A DNA stretch of 32,000 nucleotides. Origin: Candidatus Omnitrophota bacterium (GTDB lineage: Bacteria; Omnitrophota; Gorgyraeia; Duberdicusellales; 4484-171). The stretch is taken from positions 30,001 through 62,000 of the forward strand of contig JAIPHU010000005.1 in NCBI GenBank assembly GCA_021735045.1. Direction: 5' to 3'. The notes beneath the pieces are model-generated. The model saw only the letters and a program-made list of their open reading frames with translations. It was not told where the DNA came from and ran no database searches. Made by a program: the position numbers and the translations under genes. Shown one piece after another: positions 23,711-31,173 of the stretch. Each line of letters begins with the position of its first letter. Position 1 is the stretch's first letter.

Positions 23711-24715
23711 TTAATTTATCTTTTCTTTTTTTAACGGCCGATTCATCAAATCGGTAACCGCTTGGTAAGCTGACTTATTTTGGTATAACACAGCATACAC
23801 TTGTTCAATGATTGGCATAGTTACCTTGAACTTTTTACTTATTTCATATGCTGATTTTGTAGTTTCTATGCCTTCGGCAACCATATTCATATTTTCGGTA
23901 ATCTCTTTAAGCTTTTGGCCTTTACCTATAAGCTCTCCAACTGTCCTGTTGCGAGAATGAGGGGAAAAACAAGTAGTCATTAAATCTCCTAGCCCACTAA
24001 TTCCCCAAAATGTTTTGGGTTTAGCTCCTAGCTGTTTGCCCAACCGCGTAATTTCAACTAACCCTCTGGTTACCAGCGCAGCTTTAGTATTTGTACCAAA
24101 GCCTAAACCATCGGATATACCACAAGCTAATGCAATAACATTTTTCAATGACCCACCCAGCTCAACACCAGCAATATCGCTATGGAGATAAATCCTAAAA
24201 GTCTGACTATTAAATAATTTTTGCAGTTTTAGCCCTATTGATTCTTGCCCAAAGGCCATAATCGCAGTTGTCGGTATGCCCTTAGCTACTTCTTTTGCTA
24301 TAGTGGGTCCTGAAAGGACAGCAATATTATCTGTTTTTAACTCTTCTTTTATAATTTCTGAAACTCTTTTTAACGACTTTAGTTCAATACCTTTACTTAC
24401 ACTTACAAAAATTTTATTTTTGAAGTTTTTTTGGCAAGCAAATATTTCTTTCAACACTTTTCTTACAAACTTAACTGGAATAGCAATTAAAATAACATCT
24501 TCATCTAATGTTTGGCTTAAGGAAGGTTCTATAGACAAACAGGAAGGAAATTTTACATCTTTTAGGAAAGTCTTGTTCTCTCTTTCCTTTTCCATCTCGA
24601 GATTATGCTGTTTAAATACACTATGAAGTTTTACCTGAACATCTTTTTTAGCTAAATAAACCGCTAGAGTTGTACCCCAGCTACCAGCACCAATTATGGA
24701 TATCGAATCTTTCAT
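23711..24715 (-). CDS. gpsA: NAD(P)H-dependent glycerol-3-phosphate dehydrogenase
   Basis: 334 aa with IGAGSWGTTLA, GPTIAKEV and LKNVIALACG motifs. Confidence 0.93.
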   Translation of the reverse strand: MKDSISIIGAGSWGTTLAVYLAKKDVQVKLHSVFKQHNLEMEKERENKTFLKDVKFPSCLSIEPSLSQTLDEDVILIAIPVKFVRKVLKEIFACQKNFKNKIFVSVSKGIELKSLKRVSEIIKEELKTDNIAVLSGPTIAKEVAKGIPTTAIMAFGQESIGLKLQKLFNSQTFRIYLHSDIAGVELGGSLKNVIALACGISDGLGFGTNTKAALVTRGLVEITRLGKQLGAKPKTFWGISGLGDLMTTCFSPHSRNRTVGELIGKGQKLKEITENMNMVAEGIETTKSAYEISKKFKVTMPIIEQVYAVLYQNKSAYQAVTDLMNRPLKKEKIN

Positions 24716-24720
24716 AGATT

Positions 24721-24780
24721 AGTTAATTGGTTAATTAGTTAATTGGTTAATTTTCTACTCACCAATTAACCACTCACCAA
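24721..24780. repeat. Tandem and inverted repeat block between tRNA-Gly and gpsA
   Basis: AGTTAATTGGTTAATT occurs twice in perfect tandem (24721-24736 and 24737-24752). The inverted copy ACCAATTAAC (24761-24770) can pair with GTTAATTGGT (24738-24747). ACTCACCAA also occurs twice (24757-24765 and 24772-24780). Confidence 0.8.
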
Positions 24781-24785
24781 AAATA

Positions 24786-24856
24786 AGCGGGCGAGCGGAG
24801 TCGAACCGCCATATCTGGCTTGGAAGGCCAGTGTTCTGCCATTGAACTACGCCCGC
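24786..24856 (-). tRNA. tRNA-Gly (anticodon UCC)
   Basis: GCGGGCG/TA/GTTC..GAAC/A/CTGGC-CTTCCAA-GCCAG/ATAT/GGCGG-TTCGACT-CCGCT/CGCCCGC/T, with discriminator U. Confidence 0.9.
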
Positions 24857-24857
24857 A

Positions 24858-24942
24858 TGGGCAGGGGAGGATTTGAACCTCCGAAGCGCAAGCGCAACAG
24901 ATTTACAGTCTGTCCCCTTTAACCAGACTCGGGAACCTGCCC
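24858..24942 (-). tRNA. tRNA-Tyr (anticodon GUA), class II long variable arm
   Basis: GGGCAGGTTCCCGAG...ACAGA-CTGTAAA-TCTGT plus a long variable arm and GGAGG-TTCAAAT-CCTCC/CCTGCCC/A. It closely parallels E. coli tRNA-Tyr. Confidence 0.9.
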
Positions 24943-24949
24943 GAAAATA

Positions 24950-25023
24950 AGCCGGCGAGAGGAATCGAACCTCCAACATCCTCATTACAAGTGAGGTGCT
25001 CTGCCAGATTGAGCTACACCGGC
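24950..25023 (-). tRNA. tRNA-Thr (anticodon UGU)
   Basis: GCCGGTG/TA/GCTC..GAGC/A/CCTCA-CTTGTAA-TGAGG/ATGTT/GGAGG-TTCGATT-CCTCT/CGCCGGC/T. Confidence 0.9.
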
Positions 25024-25865
25024 AATTTTTTAATAGCCTGGGGCAAATAGTTAATTAAATCAGAAGCTACTACACAACTTTGAGTTTTTTCTTGAGCGGC
25101 TAAATCTCCGGCTAAGCCATGAAGATGCACCCCTAACTTTGTCGCTTCATAACTATTAATACCTTGAGCGATCAAGCCAGCTATCATCCCACTCAATACA
25201 TCACCGGTTCCTGCAGTAGCCATAGCTGGATTACCAGTATCATTTTCAAAAACCATCTTCCCATTAGTCACTAGAGTTCTGTGCCCTTTAAGAGCAAGGT
25301 TAAGATTATATCTAAGAGCAAAGTTTTTCGCAAGTTCTTTTCTGTTTTCTTTAATTTGCCTAATTTTTTTCTTTACCAGTCGAGAAAACTCTCCTAGATG
25401 AGGAGTTAATACAATGTTCTGATTATTATTTTTCTTTAACACTTTTAAACTTAAAGAAAGAATATTAAGGCCATCAGCATCTATGACCAAAGGTTTATCC
25501 ACTTTTTTAATTATTTTAATTACTAATTTTTGCGTAGCAGGATGCAATCCAGCTCCTGGCCCTAAAACTAACACGCTAACTTTATCTAAACTTCTCTCTA
25601 TTGTTTTAAAGGCTTTAGCCGATAGATGGCCTTTCTTATCCGCCAAAGGAATACTCATTTCCTCGGTTAACTTTATTTCAAATATCGAATGCAAGCTCTC
25701 AGCTACTGCTACTTTTACCAAACCAGCCCCAATACGTAATGCGGCCTGGGCGCAAAGACAAACTGCTCCGGTTAACCCGGGAGAGCCTCCGACTACAAGA
25801 ACTTGCCCATAACTTCCCTTATGGGTTTCAGGTTTTCTTTTGAGCAACTGCATAAGCGACTGCAT
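25014..25865 (-). CDS. nnrD: ADP-dependent NAD(P)H-hydrate dehydratase (YjeF C-terminal type, dehydratase domain only)
   Basis: 283 aa with HKGSYGQVLVVGGSPGLTGA and GTGDVLSGMIAGL motifs. The last 10 nt, including the TAG stop, lie inside tRNA-Thr. Confidence 0.88.
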   Translation of the reverse strand: MQSLMQLLKRKPETHKGSYGQVLVVGGSPGLTGAVCLCAQAALRIGAGLVKVAVAESLHSIFEIKLTEEMSIPLADKKGHLSAKAFKTIERSLDKVSVLVLGPGAGLHPATQKLVIKIIKKVDKPLVIDADGLNILSLSLKVLKKNNNQNIVLTPHLGEFSRLVKKKIRQIKENRKELAKNFALRYNLNLALKGHRTLVTNGKMVFENDTGNPAMATAGTGDVLSGMIAGLIAQGINSYEATKLGVHLHGLAGDLAAQEKTQSCVVASDLINYLPQAIKKLPV

Positions 25866-25881
25866 AATCTTTAATGAGACT

Positions 25882-25954
25882 GTAATTTTTCAAGCTTAAA
25901 ATAAAGAAAAATTACTTAGTCGAACTAATCCTTGACATCTTAGATGTCAAGGAT
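25882..25954 (-). terminator. Three consecutive hairpins downstream of acpS (possible terminator block)
   Basis: A 27-nt perfect palindrome ATCCTTGACATCT-T-AGATGTCAAGGAT (25928-25954) starts 2 nt after the acpS stop. It is followed by TTAGT-CGA-ACTAA (25916-25928) and GTAATTTTT-N16-AAAAATTAC (25882-25915). On the minus strand the second hairpin is followed by GUAAUUUUUCUUUAUUUU. Confidence 0.45.
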
Positions 25955-25955
25955 C

Positions 25956-26327
25956 TTATTTAGGTAATCCCTTTTTTTGAACTTTTTGTGCCACTGCACA
26001 AGCGACTGCATAATCTTCAATATGTGTTATCGAAAGAATCAAATCAGCTTTTGTATCTTTTTTAAAGCTGCAATAAGGTGCTCCATTGGTTCTATTTAAT
26101 ATAATGATATCCCGAAAACTTAAGGGTATGCTTTTTGAAATTGCTTTTATCACTGCTTCCTTAGCTGCAAATCTAGCCGCTAGCCTTTGATAATACATCT
26201 TACCTTGAGAAATCCCTTTTACTTCTTCTGGGTTAAATATTCTTTCGACAAAACTACTGCCCCATTTTTTAATGGCACCCCTAAACTTATCTATCTTGAC
26301 CATATCTATACCAATACCTAAAATCAT
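25956..26327 (-). CDS. acpS: Holo-[acyl-carrier-protein] synthase
   Basis: 123 aa. MILGIGIDMVKIDKF... and the C-terminal SITHIEDYAVA are typical of AcpS. It lies downstream of pdxJ, as in E. coli. Confidence 0.9.
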   Translation of the reverse strand: MILGIGIDMVKIDKFRGAIKKWGSSFVERIFNPEEVKGISQGKMYYQRLAARFAAKEAVIKAISKSIPLSFRDIIILNRTNGAPYCSFKKDTKADLILSITHIEDYAVACAVAQKVQKKGLPK

Positions 26328-26354
26328 CTTTACATCTATTGACTTATTAAATTA

Positions 26355-27077
26355 TTATTTTTTTAAAAATGAGAGCATTTTTTTAACTGCTGGTGCCAAT
26401 CCCAGAAAAATAGATTCGCAAATTATGGAATGGCCGATATTAAACTCTTGGATTTCATTTATTTCTACTATTTTTTTTATATTTTCATAGTCTAGCCCAT
26501 GGCCAGCCGCAACAAAAAACTTTTTTTCTTTAGCAAATAAAGCTGCCCTTTTAATTCTTTCTAGTTCTTTTTTTTGTTTTTCTTTAGGAATCTTTTGAGA
26601 AAACTGGCCCGTATTAATCTCAACTATCTCAACCCCTAAATCTTTAGCTGCTTTTATTTGTTTTTTTATTGGGTCTATAAATAAACTAACTTTTATTTTT
26701 TTCTTCTTAAGCCGATTAACTGCTTTTTCAACTTTCTTATAGTTTTTAACTAAATCTATTCCGCCTTCAGTAGTTAGTTCTTTTCTGTTTTCAGGAACTA
26801 AAGTAGCCTGATCTGGTTTTAATGTTTCTGCCAGAGAAACTATAGAGGCTGCAATTGACATCTCTAAATTAAAAGGAATCTTTATAAGATCTTTAATCAA
26901 GAAAACATCCTCTTTTTGAATATGCCTCTGGTCTTTGCGCAGATGAGTAACTATTGAATCACAACCGGCTTTTTCAGCTATTACAGCAGCTGTAGCTGGA
27001 TCCGGATAAGTAGTAAAACGAGCCTGGCGCAATGTAGCTACATGATCAATATTTATTCCTAATTTAGTTCTTCTCAT
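26355..27077 (-). CDS. pdxJ: Pyridoxine 5'-phosphate synthase
   Basis: 240 aa with LGINIDHVATLRQAR and HLRKDQRHI motifs. Confidence 0.93.
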   Translation of the reverse strand: MRRTKLGINIDHVATLRQARFTTYPDPATAAVIAEKAGCDSIVTHLRKDQRHIQKEDVFLIKDLIKIPFNLEMSIAASIVSLAETLKPDQATLVPENRKELTTEGGIDLVKNYKKVEKAVNRLKKKKIKVSLFIDPIKKQIKAAKDLGVEIVEINTGQFSQKIPKEKQKKELERIKRAALFAKEKKFFVAAGHGLDYENIKKIVEINEIQEFNIGHSIICESIFLGLAPAVKKMLSFLKK

Positions 27078-27089
27078 TTTTACCTTATC

Positions 27090-27245
27090 CTAGATCTGAA
27101 TACCTTGAGTAATCTCTCCGCTTACATAATACCAAACTATTACAGCTATCACCAAAGCCACCAACTTAAGCCAAAAATTATAAGTAACAGCCATTTTTAA
27201 ATCAATCTTTTTTAACCATCTTTTAACTATTTTTATCCATTCCAT
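27090..27245 (-). CDS. 51-aa small membrane protein resembling only the N-terminal TM anchor of CdaR/YbbR
   Basis: This is my own translation; the ORF is not in the track. It reads MEWIKIVKRWLKKIDLKMAVTYNFWLKLVALVIAVIVWYYVSGEITQGIQI*. It starts 12 nt after the cdaA stop, at the position CdaR occupies in cdaA-cdaR-glmM operons. There is no clear SD. Confidence 0.35.
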   Translation of the reverse strand: MEWIKIVKRWLKKIDLKMAVTYNFWLKLVALVIAVIVWYYVSGEITQGIQI

Positions 27246-27256
27246 TATATACCTGC

Positions 27257-28015
27257 TTAAGTTTTAGTTAACTGCCCTTTTAAAATAGTAAACAAATCAT
27301 TAGGGCTTAGACGTCTAGTAAGTTGGCCCTCTATTGCTAAAGATATTATTCCTGTTTCTTCAGAAACAACAATAACCACAGAATCAGCTGTCTCAGAAAG
27401 CCCCACCGCAGCCCGATGCCTCATCCCTAATGTCCTTTCTATATTGGGATTATCTGATAAAGGAAAAAGACAAGCCGCAGCCACAATCCTGGAACCTTCT
27501 ATAATGACTCCTCCATCATGCAATGGAGCTGAGGGATAAAATATATTCTGCACTAACTCCGAAGTTATATCTGCATCTAAGACAACCCCGCTTTCAGTAT
27601 ATTTTCTTAAACCCATCTCTCTTTTTATTGCAATTAAACCGCCTATTTTCTTTCGAGAAAGAACACCTACAGAAGATACTATCTCTCTTAAAACCTGCTC
27701 CATCTTCTCAATTTGAGGCTCCATGTGAAAAATATGACGCCTACCTAATCGGATTAACCCTTCTCTTAGCTCAGGCTGAAAAATTATAGCTACAAGAATA
27801 AGAAAAAAAGCAAAAAGATAAGTGAGTATTCTAGTTAAAACCGGTAAACCTAAAAGCTGAAAGGCAAGTAAAGAAATTACCAAAACAATTATACCTCTTA
27901 AAAGATATACGGCTTTGGTTCCTTTCAAAAATAAAAATATCCTATAGATAACCATCCATAAGATTATTATCTCAAGAATCGACTTCCAATTAAGTATTTT
28001 AACTAAACTTGTCAT
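27257..28015 (-). CDS. cdaA: Membrane-bound diadenylate cyclase CdaA (DisA_N domain)
   Basis: 252 aa with three N-terminal TM helices plus the DAC motifs PLHDGGVII and GMRHRAAVGLSE. Confidence 0.9.
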   Translation of the reverse strand: MTSLVKILNWKSILEIIILWMVIYRIFLFLKGTKAVYLLRGIIVLVISLLAFQLLGLPVLTRILTYLFAFFLILVAIIFQPELREGLIRLGRRHIFHMEPQIEKMEQVLREIVSSVGVLSRKKIGGLIAIKREMGLRKYTESGVVLDADITSELVQNIFYPSAPLHDGGVIIEGSRIVAAACLFPLSDNPNIERTLGMRHRAAVGLSETADSVVIVVSEETGIISLAIEGQLTRRLSPNDLFTILKGQLTKT

Positions 28016-29226
28016 TTTTTTACCAATGCAGAAAAAAGTTTAATGGCGTCTTTTGTCTGGCCCACATCATGAACCCTTAAAATATTAGCTCCTTTAGTTA
28101 ATGCAAATATCTGAGCTGCAATAGTAGCCCCTAGCCGTTGTGCTGGGCCTTTTTTAATTATATCACCGATAAAAGATTTACGCGACAACCCAATAAAAAT
28201 TGGTACTCCTAAAGCTTTAAATTGATATAAATTATTTATTATATCTAAATTATGTTTTTTTGACTTTCCAAATCCAATGCCCGGGTCGATAAAAATTTGG
28301 TTTTTATCTATTCCTTTTTTTTGACAATAGTCTATTCTTTTTCTTAAAAAATCCCCTATCTCTTGGCTAACTTGATTATAACTAGGATTAACCTGCATAG
28401 TCTGAGGATTCCCCTGCATATGCATAAGCACACAGCCTAAATTATATTTTTTTATCAAAGAAGTTATTTTATTGCTTTTTAGGGCGGTAATATCATTTAT
28501 AATATCAGCCCCTGCTTCAACAGCTGCTTTGGCTACTTTAGGCTTATAGGTATCAACTGAAATAATTAAACTCTTAAACTCTTTCCTAACGGCTTTGAGC
28601 ACCGGGATAAGCCTGTTTATTTCTTCCTGGGGTTTTATTCTCCTAGAAAATGGCCGAGTTGATTCTGCACCAAAGTCGATAATCTTAGCGCCATCTTTAA
28701 CCATCACAGAAACTTTATCTAAGGCTAACTTTTTTAAGCCAAGAGAAGGCTGATCTGCCTTAGATAACAGGCCATCGCCAGAGAAAGAATCTTTGGTAAT
28801 ATTTACTATTCCACAAATAATCGGTTTATTTATTCGTAAACTTTTATCTCTAGCTCTATAGTTATAACTAGTTTTTTCGCTATTTTCTAAACTTTCTGAT
28901 AATTGCTTAGATAATATTTTTAATCTTTTAGTCTGATTTTTTAATTTTTGACAAAGCTTCTTTAACTGGCTAATACTGCCAAAAAGCAACACGCCTGTTT
29001 CAATATCTTTAATCAAAGCATTTCTTTCTACAGCTGCATCAGAACCAAGAGAAAGTAGATGCTGTTTTAATATATTAGCTTCCCAGGATCTTATTCCTTG
29101 AACCTTAAAACTTCTAAATACAGACTTAGGACTCAGTATCTTAGTACCTTCTTTAGTTACCCCTAAAGAAAGAATTGCTTTCTTTGCTTCTTTTTGATTG
29201 TCTAAAGTTAATGGAACTACATTCAT
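28012..29226 (-). CDS. folP: Dihydropteroate synthase with a ~125-aa N-terminal extension
   Basis: The C-terminal ~275 aa carry ICGIVNITKDSFSGDG, DFGAESTRP and the GxSRKSF motif (IGLSRKSFIG). The N-terminal 125 aa lie outside the canonical pterin-binding barrel. Confidence 0.88.
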   Translation of the reverse strand: MNVVPLTLDNQKEAKKAILSLGVTKEGTKILSPKSVFRSFKVQGIRSWEANILKQHLLSLGSDAAVERNALIKDIETGVLLFGSISQLKKLCQKLKNQTKRLKILSKQLSESLENSEKTSYNYRARDKSLRINKPIICGIVNITKDSFSGDGLLSKADQPSLGLKKLALDKVSVMVKDGAKIIDFGAESTRPFSRRIKPQEEINRLIPVLKAVRKEFKSLIISVDTYKPKVAKAAVEAGADIINDITALKSNKITSLIKKYNLGCVLMHMQGNPQTMQVNPSYNQVSQEIGDFLRKRIDYCQKKGIDKNQIFIDPGIGFGKSKKHNLDIINNLYQFKALGVPIFIGLSRKSFIGDIIKKGPAQRLGATIAAQIFALTKGANILRVHDVGQTKDAIKLFSALVKK

Positions 29227-29262
29227 TTAGGTTAAGGAAAGATAAATATAGTTAAATATTTT

Positions 29263-31149
29263 TTATGAAGCTGAGTCTTTTTCTTTTTGTTTAGATAAAC
29301 CAACTATTTTTTTAAACTCTTGAGCCCCGAGTACTTCTTTATCTAATAAAACATCTACAAGCTTAGCTAAATCTTTTTTATTATCTTGAATAATTTTTTT
29401 GGCTCGGAGATAACATTCATCCACAATTCGTTTTACCTCTTGATCGACAATCCGGGCAGTTTCCTCGCTGTAATCTTTTTCTTTCATCATATCCCTGCCT
29501 AAAAATACAGGGCCATGGCTTTTGCCTAAAGTATAGTTACCCAGCTTATCGCTCATCCCATAGTCACAAACCATCTTGCGAGCTAACTTTGTTACTGCTA
29601 CCAAATCACTCATTGCTCCGGTTGTAATATCATCTAAGTTCACTTCCTCAGAGGCTCTACCTCCTAAAGCAACGGTAATTTCGCCCATAAGCTGCTTTTT
29701 TGATTTATAGCTTCTGTCTTCTTGAGGTGGGATAAAAGTATAACCCCCAGCCATGCCTCGGGGAATAATTGATACTTTTGCCATAGAATCAACTTCTGGA
29801 ATAACAAGGGAAACTAAAGCATGGCCGCCTTCATGAAAAGCAGTTATCTTTTTTTCTTTTTCTGACATTACCCGGCTTTTTCTCTCCGGCCCCATCATTA
29901 CTCTCTCAATCGCTTCTTCAAGCTCTTTCTGAGTTACGGATTTCTTATTTCTGCGTGCAGCTAGTAAAGCTGCTTCATTACAGAGATTTTCTAAGTCAGC
30001 CCCGGAGAAGCCAGGTGTTCTTTTAGCAACTTCTTCCAGATTTACTTGAGAGGATAAGTTTATTTTTTTAGTATGCACTTTTAAGATTCCTTCTCTCCCC
30101 TTTATATCCGGTGCACTAATGACAATTTGACGGTCAAACCGGCCCGGCCTAAGCAAAGCAGGATCTAATACATCAGGGCGGTTTGTAGCAGCTATGATTA
30201 TAACCCCTGTTTCGGTTTTAAATCCATCCATCTCAGATAAAAGTTGATTTAGGGTTTGTTCTCTTTCGTCATGTCCTCCGCCTAAACCAGCAAAGCGTTG
30301 TCTGCCAACCGCATCAATTTCATCAATAAAAATAATACAGCCTTTATTCTCAGATTTAGCTGCTTTTTTAGCTTGATCAAACAAAGACCTAACCCGAGAT
30401 GCCCCTACTCCAACAAACATCTCCACAAAATCAGATCCTCCTATTGAAAAAAATGGCACTTCTGCTTCACCGGATACAGCCTTAGCGAGCAAAGTCTTAC
30501 CACAACCAGGAGGGCCCATAAGAAGAACTCCTTTAGGGAATCTGCCGCCAAGCCGCTGAAACTTCTTAGGGTCTTTTAAAAACTCAACTACTTCCTGCAA
30601 CTCTTCTTTTGCCTCATCAATTCCAGCTACATCGCTGAAAGTAACTTTTTTAGCTCTATTTTTATCCAAAATAGCGTGTTTTGACTTACCAAAACCCCAA
30701 ATTTGTGAACCCATTTGATTTCCCTTACGAGAAAAGTACCATAAAAACAAAATAAAAATAAGCATCGGCCCAAAGAAGTAAAGAAAGTTAGTAAAAGCAG
30801 TGCTGGCAGGCTCAATCTCAAAATTATCTACATTTTGCCGCATCAAAGAGATAATCTCTTTATTTTCTTTAGGGATATACACATAAAAATATTTCTGGCC
30901 TTGGGGCTGATTGAACTGTCCTTGGACAAGATTTTCTTTTAAAGTAATTGACTCTATTTGATTGGTTTCAGGGTTATTTTTAACTAAATAGTAAAATTCA
31001 GGATATTTTAATTTTTTAGCAAATCCCCCCATATTAGCCCCAAAGAGGTTAGCTAACCAGATAACAGCCATAAATATAATAATTATATATAGAGCTCGGC
31101 GGAAAAAATTAGGATTAGGTTGTTTTTTCTTGTTCTTTTTTGGTTTCAT
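29263..31149 (-). CDS. ftsH: ATP-dependent zinc metalloprotease FtsH
   Basis: 628 aa with two TM helices, Walker A GPPGCGKT, the AAA second region of homology and the zinc motif HEGGHAL. Confidence 0.97.
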   Translation of the reverse strand: MKPKKNKKKQPNPNFFRRALYIIIIFMAVIWLANLFGANMGGFAKKLKYPEFYYLVKNNPETNQIESITLKENLVQGQFNQPQGQKYFYVYIPKENKEIISLMRQNVDNFEIEPASTAFTNFLYFFGPMLIFILFLWYFSRKGNQMGSQIWGFGKSKHAILDKNRAKKVTFSDVAGIDEAKEELQEVVEFLKDPKKFQRLGGRFPKGVLLMGPPGCGKTLLAKAVSGEAEVPFFSIGGSDFVEMFVGVGASRVRSLFDQAKKAAKSENKGCIIFIDEIDAVGRQRFAGLGGGHDEREQTLNQLLSEMDGFKTETGVIIIAATNRPDVLDPALLRPGRFDRQIVISAPDIKGREGILKVHTKKINLSSQVNLEEVAKRTPGFSGADLENLCNEAALLAARRNKKSVTQKELEEAIERVMMGPERKSRVMSEKEKKITAFHEGGHALVSLVIPEVDSMAKVSIIPRGMAGGYTFIPPQEDRSYKSKKQLMGEITVALGGRASEEVNLDDITTGAMSDLVAVTKLARKMVCDYGMSDKLGNYTLGKSHGPVFLGRDMMKEKDYSEETARIVDQEVKRIVDECYLRAKKIIQDNKKDLAKLVDVLLDKEVLGAQEFKKIVGLSKQKEKDSAS

Positions 31150-31173
31150 TGATAGCTATTATACTTGCATTAG

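Noticed and set aside
24721-24752. Tandem 16-nt repeats considered as a CRISPR or minisatellite array
   Set aside because: There are only two abutting units with no spacers and no cas genes. I report the block as a regulatory or structural repeat instead.
24755-24985. 76-aa minus-strand ORF
   Set aside because: It lies entirely within the tRNA-Gly, tRNA-Tyr and tRNA-Thr genes. Its GC-rich open frame is an artefact of the tRNA sequence.
1365-30821. About 20 short ORFs (60-116 aa) overlapping confident genes, mostly antisense. Examples: 1365-1571, 2897-3106, 4864-5073, 7313-7501, 10090-10296, 11244-11441, 12173-12358, 13034-13309, 14744-14954, 16542-16763, 22358-22564, 22767-23054, 23368-23568, 24276-24626, 25483-25812, 26272-26490, 27523-27789, and same-strand out-of-frame 7786-7995 and 30627-30821.
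   Set aside because: These are shadow ORFs inside well-supported conserved genes. Their products are low-complexity with no recognisable motifs and no SDs. Such ORFs are typical of AT-rich genomes.
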